Shown piece by piece: positions 45,401 through 56,975 of a DNA stretch of 64,000 nucleotides (positions within the stretch are counted from its first letter, which is position 1; each line of letters opens with the position of its first letter). The DNA is from Macrostomum lignano (lineage: Eukaryota): NCBI GenBank assembly GCA_002269645.1, contig NIVC01003172.1, forward strand, positions 1-64,000, in the 5' to 3' direction. The translations under genes were made by a program, and so were the position numbers. The notes under the pieces are model-generated. The model made no database searches and was not told the origin of the DNA. It worked only from the letters and a program-made list of their open reading frames with translations.

Positions 45401-48400
45401 TCCCATGTAGCGACTCAGGGCCTCCTCCTCGGCTGCCGCGGCGGCAGCGGCCCCGGTGAACCGGCGGTGCTGCGGACCCTGGCTGACGGAGCGCCGGCGG
45501 CCGCCACCTCCGCCCAGGTCCCCTGCGCCGGGCCAGTCTTGCTGAAGACTCCGGGCCAGGGACTCCACTATCGAGTTGCCTGCGGGGCGGGGGAGGTGCA
45601 GACTGCTAGCGGTGCTGGGGTCCCATGTCAGGTGGATCGGGAGGAATCTGCAGGCTGCATCTGGCGGTGCTGGGGCGCCATGTCAGGTGGATCGGGAGGA
45701 ATCTGCAGGCTGCATCTGGCAGTGCTAGGGCACCATGTCAGGTGGATCGGGAGGAATCTGCAGGCTGCATCTGGCAGTGCTAGGGCACCATGTCAGGTGG
45801 ATCGGGAGGAATCTGCAGGCTGCATCTGGCGGTGCTGGGGCGCCATGTCAGGTGGATCGGGAGGAATCTGCAGGCTGCATCTGGCAGTGCTGGGGCGCCA
45901 TGTCAGGTGGATCGGGAGGAATCTGCAGGCTGCATCTGGCGGTGCTGGGGCGCCATGTCAGGTGGATCAGGATCTGTTTACAGAACCAAAAAGACCAATA
46001 TTGAACGAAAACACGCGTCAGAACTCAGGCTCAGGTGTGAGTCATGACGAGCTCCTCACCCTGCTTCATGGCTCCATCTCCATCCTCTGGCCCAGTTCTC
46101 TGCAGGTCTCCGGGCCGGCCCTTGCCCAGCCCGTAGCGCTGGTTCAGGAAGTATAGGCTGGTGTTGTCAGGCGTCCACTGCCCGACCTTCAGCCTGACGG
46201 CCACCTCCTTCTCGTTGTAGTCCTTGCGCAGCTTGTAGTCGGGAAAGTGCTGCTCAATGATGCGATTGCACTTGTCTACGCTGAGCTCGCTCGGCCCCTT
46301 GATCTCGAAGATGCAGAATCGCATGGCCTGCGTGCCTCCGAGCTTTCTGGTGAGGATTTTGTTTTTAACGGCAAACACGCAGCTGGTGCGGTTGCAGGCG
46401 GCCTTGACGCGCGTGTCGCTGAACATCTTCAAGCTGGCGTCTGTGATCTGCAGCAGGTACTGCTTCTTGTAGCTTAGTCCGGCGTACATCTCTTGCAGTT
46501 GGTATTTGGACTTTTGTGCAAAAATAAAATAACTACGCTCGTTAAGAGTTCAGAGTTCTTGTCTGTTGCTAAAATTGCTTATTTGACTTGAAATTTTCGA
46601 TTATTCTGCTAGCTTACGCGACTTTTACCATAGACAATACTCGATCTAGCTTTTATCTGTGAGTCAGCAAAACAAGTACGAGATGTCTTTTATCGATGTG
46701 TTTTAGACAAATTATAGTTAATAACGATTTAAGCTTGGTGATCAGAGGGGGTTTAGTGGAGCTCAAAAAGAAAGATTCAAGCTCGTACTATTAATATTCA
46801 GAAAGAAAAGAATGTGAAGCGGATTCCCTATGGTTTGTTAGTTGAAAAGGACTTCCACAGGCGAGGTTCTGGCTCTGTGGTTTAGGTTTAGCTGACGAAG
46901 AGTGCTGAGTAGGAAGTCAGTAACCGGTCCTGGCCTATTGCGGGCACACTGCTCTTTTCAGTACACGCGCATTTAGAAATATTAAGCTGCGAGTTAACTT
47001 GTCGCTTTGACATTGCCATCCCCTCTCCTCCCTAGGCTCCCCGCAGCGCACCCAGCACTCGGTATTTCGCGTCAACTGCATCGACTGTCTAGACCGCACC
47101 AATGTTGCCCAGTGCCTGCTGGCTAGGCGCGCCCTTGCCCGTCAGCTGGCCGATCTTGGCTATGCCGCTCTGTTTGCTAACAACGCTACTAGCAGTAATA
47201 GTAGCGAATCCAAAACCGATCCGGACGCGGAGTCTCTAGAATCGGTCATCAAGCTTGCCTGGTCGGACAATGCCGACGAATTGTCTTTGCAGTACGCCGG
47301 CACCGGCGCTTTGAAGGCAGATTTCACTCGGACTGGCCGGCGCACCAAATCCGGCGCCCTGCGCGACGCCTATTTTAGCGCAGTACGCTACGCCAGGAAT
47401 AATTTCTACGACGGCTGGCGACAGGACGCTATAGATTTGTTGCTGGGCAATTACCTGCCGGAGCGAGGCGAGTTGAGTCCGTTTGCTCAGGGTCGCGATT
47501 GGAAAGTCTGGCTGTTGCCGTCAGTGCTGCTGTTTGGATTAACTATGCTCACTATGGGCGCTCTGCTGCCGCCAGGTGAGCTGTTAGTTGCTCTACTATT
47601 AAGGCCCATTCTAAACCTGATGGGATTTGAGGGGTTGTCAGACCCGCTGAGGGGATTTGAGGGGTTGTCAGACCCGCTGAGGGGATTTGAGGAATTGTCA
47701 GACCCGCTGAGGGGATTTGAGGGGTTGTCAGACCCGCTGAGGGGATTTGAAGGGTTGTCAGACCCGCTAAGGGAATTTAAGGGGTTGTTAGACTCGCTAA
47801 GGGGATTTGAGGGGTTGTCAGACCCGCTGATGGGATTTGAGGGATTGTCAAACCCGCTGAGGGGATTTGAGGGGTTGTCAGACCCGCTGAGGGAATTTGA
47901 GGGGTTGTCAGACCCGCTGATGGATTTGAGGGATTGTCAAACCCGCTGAGGGGATTTGAGGGGTTGTCAGACCCGCTGAGGGAATTTGAGGGGTTGTCAG
48001 ACCCGCTGATGGGATTTGAGGGGTTGTCAGACCCGCTGATGGGATTTAAGGGGTTGTCAGACCCGCTGATGGGATTTGAGGGATTGTCACACCCGCTGAT
48101 GGGATTTGAGGGGTTGTCAGACCCGCTGATGGGATTTGAGGGGTTGTCAGACCCGCTGAGGGGATTTGAGGGGTTGTCAGACCCGCTGATGGGATTTGAG
48201 GGGTTGTCAGACCCGCTGATGGGATTTGAGGGGTTGTCAGACCCGCTGATGGGATTTGAGGGGTTGTCAGACCAGCTGATAGGATTTGAGGGGTTGTCAG
48301 ACCCGCTGATGGGATTTGAGGGGTTGTCAGACCAGCTGATAGGATTTGAGGGGTTGTCAGACCCGCTGATGGGATTTGGGGGTTTGTCAGACCCGCTGAT

Positions 48401-49065
48401 GGGATTTGGGGGTTTGTCAGACCCGCTGATGGAATTCGAGAGGTTGTCAGACCCGCTGAGGGGATTTGAGGGGTTGTCAGACCCGCTGAGGGGATTTGAG
48501 GGGTTGTTAAAGCCGCTGAGGGGATTTGAGGGGTTGTAAAACCCGCTGAGGGGATTTAAGGGGTTGTCAGACCCGCTGAGGGGATTTGAGGGGTTGTAAA
48601 AGCCGCTGAGGGGATTTGAGGGGTTGTCAGACCCTCTGATGGGATTTGAGGAATTGTCAGACCCGCTGAGGGGATTTGAGGGGTTGTCAGACCCTCTGAT
48701 GGGATTTGAGGGATTGTCAGACCCGCTAAGGGGATTTGAGGGGTTGTCAGACCCGCTGATGGGGATTTGAGGGGTTGTCAGACCCGCTGACGGGGATTTG
48801 AGGGGTTGTCAGACCCGCTGACGGGGATTTGAGGGGTTGTTCAGACTCGCTGAGTGGGTTTGAGGATATCAGCCACATGGACACAGCAAAGCTAGCTTAA
48901 TTCCCTAACGTTGCAGAGCACTGGTCGGAGCAGATGTTATTCTCGCTATTCTGGTGCACATCTGTGGTGTTGGCAATATTCGGCATTTTCTACTACGGCG
49001 AAGACTTCGTTGACCGGCCCCGATTGGGCCAGAAATTCAGTCGCCAAAAACGATCAACTGTTTGA
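39406..49065 (+). CDS. SAC1: Phosphatidylinositol-4-phosphate phosphatase SAC1 (first exon upstream, not firmly located)
   Basis: Exons 39406-39497, 40287-40807, 41126-41446, 43400-43655, 47036-47575, 48917-49065, all GT-AG with compatible phases. Motifs: [47 protein letters not shown], catalytic [12 protein letters not shown] (CX5RT), [18 protein letters not shown], two C-terminal TM segments and [14 protein letters not shown] at about 49198. Confidence 0.93.
39553..39656 (+). ncRNA. Box C/D snoRNA, guide antisense to 28S rRNA UGAAACACGGA (copy 1)
   Basis: Terminal stem ATCAGTGC/GCGCTGAT, C box GTGATGT (39562), guide TCCGTGTTTCA (39572-39582), D' CAGA, C' TGATTGA (39624), D box CTGA (39645). 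Intronic in SAC1. Confidence 0.85.
39710..39785 (+). ncRNA. Box C/D snoRNA copy 2, apparently 3'-truncated
   Basis: C box ATGATGT (39720), same guide (39732-39742), D' CCGA and internal hairpin GAGCAGCC/GGCTGCTC. No D box plus terminal stem is seen before the 42-bp satellite. Confidence 0.65.
39800..40165. repeat. 42-bp minisatellite, about 8 copies
   Basis: Unit TCCTTATCTCACTCTCGATAATCCCGATCTCTAATCCCGAGT. Confidence 0.92.
41502..41591 (+). ncRNA. Box C/D snoRNA copy 3
   Basis: Stem GGTGC/GCACC, C box ATGATGT (41511), guide (41523-41533), D' CCGA, hairpin TTGGAG..GTCA/TGAC..CTCCAA, C' TGATTGA (41564), D box CTGA (41583). Confidence 0.87.
41700..43115. repeat. 35-bp minisatellite, about 40 copies
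   Basis: Unit CCAAATACCGATTCCAAGAATCCCAATCATGAGTC. Confidence 0.96.
43239..43331 (+). ncRNA. Box C/D snoRNA copy 4
   Basis: Stem CAGTCTTCCA/TGGAGGCTG, C box ATGATGT (43249), guide (43259-43269), canonical D' CTGA (43271), D box CTGA (43319). It ends about 70 nt before the acceptor at 43399, the typical intronic snoRNA position. Confidence 0.87.
43775..44200. repeat. 27-bp minisatellite, about 15 copies
   Basis: Unit ATTCCAAGAATCCCACACCCCATCTCA. Confidence 0.92.
44427..44725 (+). mobile_element. MITE carrying a 28S rRNA fragment (copy 2)
   Basis: Same 14-bp TIR, 8-bp TSD TGCCGAAT (44419-44426 and 44726-44733), and a 28S-like segment at 44551-44614. Confidence 0.92.
45323..46489 (-). CDS. 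Uncharacterised protein of about 228 aa, two exons, nested antisense in a SAC1 intron
   Basis: Exon 46489(ATG)-46060 ends CAG G|GTGAGG. The acceptor CCCGCAG precedes exon 45579-45323. The phase-1 junction is in frame, codon usage is GC3-rich, and the C-terminus is coiled-coil-like ([22 protein letters not shown]). Confidence 0.7.
45610..45970. repeat. 55-bp minisatellite, about 6 copies
   Basis: Unit GTCAGGTGGATCGGGAGGAATCTGCAGGCTGCATCTGGCGGTGCTGGGGCGCCAT, in the intron of the nested gene. Confidence 0.92.
47617..48860. repeat. 30-bp minisatellite, about 41 copies
   Basis: Unit GGGATTTGAGGGGTTGTCAGACCCGCTGAG/T, in the last SAC1 intron. Confidence 0.96.
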
Positions 49066-49424
49066 TGCCTTTTTCTCTATTCGTTATTCAAATGTTCTGG
49101 TGCTGGCAATTGCTATTCTCACAGGTCCGAATCATCAGTGCCCTCATTCCTGTTCCTACTGTGTTGTAAATTGTGCTAATGTATTGTATATTTCGAACAA
49201 ATAAATAAATTGCAAATTTAAACTCATAGATTCTGGTTTGTTTTTGCGTGCGATACCCATCTGCACTATCATGAGTCTTGAAGAATACATTTTTAATTTT
49301 AACTGTGTATTTACGGTGTTTTTCTAATTTAATTTAAGCTGGGGGCCAACTAAGGCGTGCTAACAAGACATGCATTTACCTTTTGTGACAAAAATTTACT
49401 AAGTTGATTATCTTGATTCCGGAC

Positions 49425-49935
49425 GGTCATGCAGATGACCATCCTTGAGGATCATACAGATGACCATCCTTGAGGATCATGCAGATGACCATCCTTGAGG
49501 ATCATACAGATGACCATTCCTTGAGGATCATGCAGATGACCATCCTTGAGGATCATGCAGATGACCATCCTTGAGGATCATACAGATGACCATCCTTGAG
49601 GATCATGCAGATGACCATTCCTTGAGGATCATGCAGATGACCATCCTTGAGGATCATACAGATGACCATCCTTGAGGATCATGCAGATGACCATCCTTGA
49701 GGATCATACAGATGACCATCCTTGAGGATCATACAGATGACCATTCCTTGAGGATCATGCAGATGACCATCCTTGAGGATCATACAGATGACCATCCTTG
49801 AGGATCATACAGATGACCATCCTTGACGGTCATACAGATGACCATCCTTTGTGGATCATACAGATGACCATCCTTGAGGATCATGCAGATGACCATCCTT
49901 GAGGATCATACAGATTACCATCCTTGACGTTCATG
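49425..49935. repeat. 25-bp minisatellite, about 20 copies
   Basis: Unit GATCATRCAGATGACCATCCTTGAG. Confidence 0.95.
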
Positions 49936-50196
49936 CGCTCTAGACGGTCATAATATGTACGTTCACAGTGAGTGGGTCAACACTATGACTTTCGACTAAC
50001 GTATTATAGATGAAACGTAACTGGTGTCACTAAGGTCAGCTAAATCCAGTAATATTAGAGTCGGAGGGGGGTATATTCTTGGGGTTGAAATCAATAGCAA
50101 TGGCAAAATTTACACTGAATGAGAGCAAAATTTGGTCACGTGATCAGTCACATGCCTACCCCAGTAGCAATAACCCGTGTGAGAGCTGAAGATTCC

Positions 50197-53100
50197 CTAC
50201 TTGAGCAGTCCAGTCGACTTCCAGGCGTCTTCCATTCGCCAGACTCCGAATGCGTAGCCCAACCGGTCGCCGCCGCCGGCTCCGCTGGCCGCTGCAGCGG
50301 CCGCCGCGGCGGCGGCAGCCGCAGCCGTGGCAGCAGAAATCGGGCCGCAGCAGTCCATAGCCGATGCTGCAGTCGTCGGTCCGCCGAAGAAGCCCGGCTG
50401 GTGCTGATGATGATGAGCAGCTGCTGACAGATGATGGAACTGCTGATGGTAGTGATACGGGTGCTGGTGCTGGTACTGCTGGTCGTCCGCGTCCTCGCCG
50501 CAGCGCAGCACAGTGGACAAGAAGTCGATGTAGCGAGTGGCCAGTCGGAGAGTCTGGATTTTCGACAGTTTATCGGACGGCAGAGTCGGTATAATGCGCC
50601 TGAGCTCCTCGTACGCTCTGCGGGTTGGGGGAGAAAGTGTAGCAGATTTTGTGCTAAATTTGTCAATCGTTAAAATACGATAATCATAAGATTTTGCAGG
50701 ATCTTGTAGGATAATCTAATATCTTGCCGGATATTGTAGGATTATCAAATATCTTGCCGGATATTGTAGGTAGGATTATCAAATATCTTGCAGGATATTG
50801 TAGGATTATCAAATATCTTGCAGGATATTGTAGGATTATCAAATATCTTGCAGGATATTGTAGGTAGGATTATCAAATATCTTGCAGGATATTGTAGGAT
50901 TATCAAATATCTTTCCGGATATTGTAGGATTATCAAATATCTTGCCGGATATTGTAGGATTATCAAATATCTTGCCGGATATTGTAGGATTATCAAATAT
51001 CTTGCAGGATATTGTAGGATTATCAAATATCTTGCAGGATATTGTAGGTAGGATTATCAAATATCTTGCAGGATCTTGTAGGATTATCAAATATCTTGCA
51101 GGATATTGTAGGATTATCAAATATCTTGCCGGATATTGTAGGATTATCAAATATCTTGCAGGATATTGTAGGATTATCAAATATCTTGCAGGATATTGTA
51201 GGATTTTCAAATATCTTGCAGGATATTGTAGGATTATCAAATATCTTGCAGGATATTGTAGGATTATCAAATATCTTGCCGGATATTGTAGGATTATCAA
51301 ATATCTTGCAGGATATTGTAGGATTATCAAATATCTTGCAGGATATTGTAGGATTTTCAAATATCTTGCAGGATATTGTAGGATTATCAAATATCTTGCA
51401 GGATATTGTAGGATTATCAAATATCTTGCAGGATCTTGTAGGATTATCAAATATCTTGCAGGATATTGTAGGATTATCAAATATCTTGCCGGATATTGTA
51501 GGATTATCAAATATCTTGCAGGATATTGTAGGATTATCAAATATCTTGCAGGATATTGTAGGATTATCAAATATCTTGCAGGATCTTGTAGGATTATCAA
51601 ATATCTTGCAGGATATTGTAGGATTATCAAATATCTTGCCGGATATTGTAGGATTATCAAATATCTTGCAGGATATTGTAGGATTATCAAATATCTTGCA
51701 GGATATTGTAGGTAGGATTATCAAATATCTTGCAGGATATTGTAGGATTATCAAATATCTTGCAGGATATTGTAGGATTATCAAATATCTTGCCGGATAT
51801 TGTAGGATTATCAAATATGTTGCAGGATCTTGTAGGATTATCAAATATCTTGCAGGATATTGTAGGATTATCAAATATCTTGCAGGATATTGTAGGATTA
51901 TCAAATATCTTGCAGGATATTGTAGGTAGGATTATCAAATATCTTGCAGGATCTTGTAGGATTATCAAATATCTTGCAGGATATTGTAGGATTATCAAAT
52001 ATCTTGCAGGATATTGTAGGATTATCAAATATCTTGCAGGATATTGTAGGATTATCAAATATCTTGCAGGATATTGTAGGATTTTCAAATATCTTGCAGG
52101 ATATTGTAGGTAGGATTATCAAATATCTTGCAGGATATTGTAGGATTATCAAATATCTTGCAGGATATTGTAGGATTATCAAATACTCGTATCTTGCAGG
52201 ATATTGTAGGATTATCAAATATCTTGCAGGATATTGTAGGATTATCAAATATCTTGCAGGATATTGTAGGATTATCAAATATCTTGCAGGATATTGTAGG
52301 ATTTTCAAATATCTTGCAGGATATTGTAGGTAGGATTATCAAATATCTTGCAGGATATTGTAGGTAGGATTATCAAATATCTTGCAGGATATTGTAGGAT
52401 TATCAAATATCTTGCAGGATATTGTAGGATTATCAAATATCTTGCAGGATATTGTAGGATTTTCAAATATCTTGCAGGATATTGTAGGATTATCAAATAT
52501 CTTGCAGGATCTTGTAGGATTATCAAATCTTGCAGGATCTTGTAGGATTATCAAATCTTGCAGGATCTTGTAGGATTATCAAATATCTTGTAGGATTATC
52601 AAATATCTTGCAGGATATTGTAGGATTATCAAATATCGTTCTCGGGGCTCCTGTGGCCACCAGTTTGCAAACAGCCGATCGGCCGATGCAGGACGCGGGG
52701 TTGAAATGAACTCACTTGTTCAAGGACTGTGTCCTCTGCCGCTCCCGCACATTGGCCATCATCCTCGCGGAGCTGCCGCTGTCATCGTAGGCGTCAGACG
52801 CTGCCGAGTGCGACGCGGCGTCTGAGCAGCCGCTCCGCTTTCTTTTTCGGCTGCTGGAGGCGGCGTTGCCAGAGCCTTTGGCTTCCAGCTTCACGCACAA
52901 GCTTGAATCGGTTCCAGGCTCCGCCGTTGCCGGCATCAGGCCACGACTGTGTCGCTGGTTTGACTCCGTCTGGGCAAATTGGATTTGTGTTGAGCGAATG
53001 TCTTCGTGCAGGTATATGAAGTTGGCTGAGATTCTGAGGTGCGGGTCTCTTGGGTTGGCTGAGATTCTGAGGTGAGGGTCTCTTGGGTTGGCTGAGATTC

Positions 53101-53268
53101 TGAGGTGAGGGTCTGTTGGTTTGGGTGAGATTCTGAGGTGAGGGTCTCTTAGATTGGGTGAGATTCTCCTGGCTGACTGTGTGAGTTGCAGCAGTCGCCA
53201 CTGGGACTCACCCCGCTCACACTCAGTCCAAGGCTGCCGCTATCGCCGCGGTTGCAGACAAGATCCAT
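50197..53268 (-). CDS. twist: Twist bHLH transcription factor
   Basis: Exons 53268-53212, 52969-52716 and 50617-50197 (GT-AG, in frame). b[53 protein letters not shown], and the C-terminal WR motif [16 protein letters not shown]. Confidence 0.93.
50690..52637. repeat. 30-bp minisatellite, about 64 copies
   Basis: Unit AGGATTATCAAATATCTTGCAGGATATTGT fills twist intron 2. Confidence 0.97.
53023..53167. repeat. 33-bp repeat, about 4 copies
   Basis: Unit GGCTGAGATTCTGAGGTGAGGGTCTCTTGGGTT in twist intron 1. Confidence 0.85.
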
Positions 53269-54019
53269 CAGCCGAAATTTTCTTCTTCACAGCAGCTTCT
53301 CCCTCGGATCACTTGGCGCCTCTGCGTGACCTCCCGGACTAAAAGCGGTGGCTGCTGCTGCTGTAGTAAAAACGATTGATGCGCTGGCTTCCTTGGAAAA
53401 AAGCTTCAGGCGTTAGCCGGGCCGCGCGCGCTAATTCTCAGGGTCTCCAGGAAACAGATGCTTGGGCAGCTGTTTGCCATTTTTAAGACTTGCCGTGTCA
53501 GCCGCTAACCCCCCCCCTTCCCAGAAGCGCCGCGGGTGCCCCGCTGTCGCCAGACTGTCTGGCGGAGGTTCCACCGCCGGGGCCTCCCTCTGTGTCGTCG
53601 GCCAACCCCCGGCGGGGGCCATTCTAAGAAATCGAGAGTATGGGGTGATGGGGAGATTCTCCCCCGTGACGCCCAACCCCAACCTCCCCGCCGGGGTGGG
53701 CAGAGGCGGGAAGAGGAGAAATGCGTTAACGAAAAATGATGCCCCGAATGTGGCTCGGGAAATATCAGGCTACCCATATGCTACCTGGGGAGGGCTTGCA
53801 TAGCATCTGCATTGACTTTTTGCACAAGCCTGTCTTGAATTCTGTAATCACTTTGACTGTCCACGCGTTTGGTGTCTGCGGGTTTGCTGTTAGCCTGCCT
53901 GAAATTGGCCAGCGGCAGATTGCGGAACCGGCTCTTTCAAAGTCTATTAGGAGAGTACTAGCAATTGCCGAGCAGCAGCTGTGACACAAGAGTGAATTTA
54001 TCAACGGTAGGTGCAACTA

Positions 54020-55135
54020 AAGCTGTTTCACAAGAGTGACGATTTAAACTAGATGTGTGACACAAGAGCAAAGTCATAAACTAGATGTTTGACACAAGAG
54101 TAAAGTCATAAACTAGAAATGTGACACAAGAGTGAAGTCATAAACTAGATGTGAGACACAAGAGTGACGATATAAACTAGATGTGTGACACAAGAGTGAA
54201 GTCATGAACTAGATGTGTGACACAAGAGTGAAGTCATAAACTAGATGTGTGACACAAGAGTGAAGTCATAAACTACATGTTTAACACAAGAGTGAAGTCA
54301 TAAACTAGAAATGTGACACAAGAGTGAAGTCATAAACTAGAAATGGGACACAAGAGTGAAGTCATAAACTAGATGTGAGACACAAGAGTGAAGTCATAAA
54401 CTAGATGTGAGACACAAGAGTGAAGTCATAAACTAGAAATGTGACACAAGAGTGAAGTCATAAACTAGATGTGAGACACAAGAGTGAAGTCATAAACTAG
54501 ATGTGAGACACAAGAGTGAAGTCATAAACTAGATGTGAGACACAAGAGCAAAGTCATTAACTAGATGTGAGACACAAGAGTGAAGTCATAAACTAGATGT
54601 GAGACACAAGAGTGAAGTCATAAACTAGATGTGAGACACAAGAGTGAAGTCATAAACTAGATGTGAGACACAAGAGTGAAGTCATAAACTAGATGTGAGA
54701 CACAAGAGTGAAGTCATAAACTAGATGTGAGACACAAGAGTGAAGTCATAAACTAGATGTGAGACACAAGAGTGAAGTCATAAACTAGATGTGAGACACA
54801 AGAGTGAAGTCATAAACTAGATGTGAGACACAAGAGTGAAGTCATAAACTAGATGTGAGACACAAGAGTGAAGTCATAAACTAGATGTGAGACACAAGAG
54901 TGAAGTCATAAACTAGATGTGAGACACAAGAGTGAAGTCATAAACTAGAAATGTGACACAAGAGTGAAGTCATAAACTAGATGTGAGACACAAGAGTGAA
55001 GTCATAAACTAGATGTGAGACACAAGAGTGAAGTCATAAACTAGATGTGAGACACAAGAGTGAAGTCATAAACTAGATGTGAGACACAAGAGTGAAGTCA
55101 TAAACTAGATGTGAGACACAAGAGTAAAGTCATAC
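54020..55135. repeat. 32-bp minisatellite, about 35 copies
   Basis: Unit CACAAGAGTGAAGTCATAAACTAGATGTGAGA. Confidence 0.96.
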
Positions 55136-56292
55136 ACTAAAGGCATCTTATAGTGAGTTTTGTTGGATTGTATTGTAGAATTCAACTCATCGCCCCCAAA
55201 ACAGTTTTGTTATAAACACAGCAAACTACCGGTAAAAAAGGCTCCAATTACGACAGGCCGTATCGGTGGGTGGTCCGGCCCGTCATCAATTCCGCGTCTT
55301 CTACGGCGCTAGAAAATAAAAGCAAAAACATGACAGACAATTGAAGGCCGCAGCTTGCATTCCCAGCCCACCCACCCCCTTTTCTTTTCAAACGAATTCG
55401 CGAATAAACAAACACCCGCTCACAGGCTGGAATTCGGGAGACAGACAGATTTTCTTTGACTCGATGGTCATTTTTCCCTTTGTCCACTGGCAGCAAAAAG
55501 CCAAGCCTAGGAGGCCGGATCGAGGCTGTTTGCTAGTTAGTTAGCGCCTGATCAAGTGTCAGGTCTTCAAGCCTTCCCGTTGCACCTCCTGCCCCAATGT
55601 CGATGCACGAATTTCAATTGCCTTAACTTTTTAGTTCCGTCCGTTCAAGAGCGCGCGGGGGGACAAAGGCTGACTTGGCTTTTTTCATCAATGAAGTCAA
55701 TTGGACACCCTTGACCCGGACACTCTGTGGGCGGTCCGTCCGGCAGAGGATGATGCAACGGAAAGGCGATCAGATCTTTCATAGCGGATTCTCTTGTCAG
55801 CTTCTGAATAATTCATATTTTGCTGGAGGGCAATCGGTTTCATTCTCCCCCCCCCGTGTTTTCAGACACCCCGCATGGCAACTTGACGTGAACTGTTGCC
55901 ACAGCTGGAGCCGCGAGCAGGGAAAACACGGGGCGGGAATCAAGGAGATTTAATGGATCATTTTGCAGCCTAAGCTACACCGAAATCCCAGCTGTTTCCT
56001 GATGCAACGAAGATCTGACGATTAAAAGAGGGTATCGCGAATGCAGATTTTTATTGCTAAAAAACGACAAATTTCGATGGCTAGCAACACGCCGAATGGC
56101 AGTAGTCTGTGTTGGTTGTTCTGGTTGAGAAAAATTTACGCACTTCTAACCAAGGTGTCTCAGTAGGTTTATTTAAATCTACACCAGACAACTCGCATTG
56201 AAACTTCGGGTTCATGAAAGTGCGTAACAGCTGAGGCAACAATATGTGCAGAGAAACTCTTCAGCAGTCAAAATACTTCAGCGATTGACCTT

Positions 56293-56710
56293 CAGCAATC
56301 AATAATCTTCATCAATCAATAATCTTCAGCAATCAATAATCTTCACCAATCAATAATCTTCAGCAATCAATAATCTTCATCAATCAATAATCTTCATCAA
56401 TCAATAATCTTCACCAATTAATAATCTTCATCAATCAATAATCTTCATCAATCAACAATCTTCATCAATCAATAATCTTCATCAATCAATAATCTTCATC
56501 AATCAATAATCTTCATCAATCAATAATCTTCAGCAATCAATAATCTTCAGCAATCAATAATCTTCACCAATCAATAATCTTCAATCAATAATCTTCATCA
56601 ATCAATAATCTTCAATCAATAATCTTCATCAATCAATAATCTTCATCAATCAATAATCTTCATCAATCAATAATCTTCATCAATCAATACTCTTCAGCAA
56701 TCAATAATAT
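56293..56710. repeat. 17-bp minisatellite
   Basis: Unit CAATCAATAATCTTCAT. Confidence 0.93.
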
Positions 56711-56975
56711 TGATCAATCAACAGCCTTTATCAAGCAACCTTGGACAAGTGCAATCAGCAACAGAAGAACAGAAGCAACTAAAAGTACAGAAGCAACTGA
56801 AAGGACCAAAATACGTGCTAACAAATCGCCTAAGCAACTTTTCGACAGACGGAACAACAAATCAACAACAGAGGCAGAAGCAACAAGCCATCAAATACAA
56901 CAACAGTAAAAGTCTCCGTTTCGTCCAACGCAGTTTTAAAAGCTCAGAGAGGCTGGGCGATTGGACAGCGCCTCA

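Noticed and set aside
46852-46968. Second H/ACA-like candidate (CCACAG/CTGTGG hairpin, then CTGA..AAGAG/CTCTT..TCAG and ACA)
   Set aside because: No H box, a short first hairpin and no target found; too weak without a folding search.
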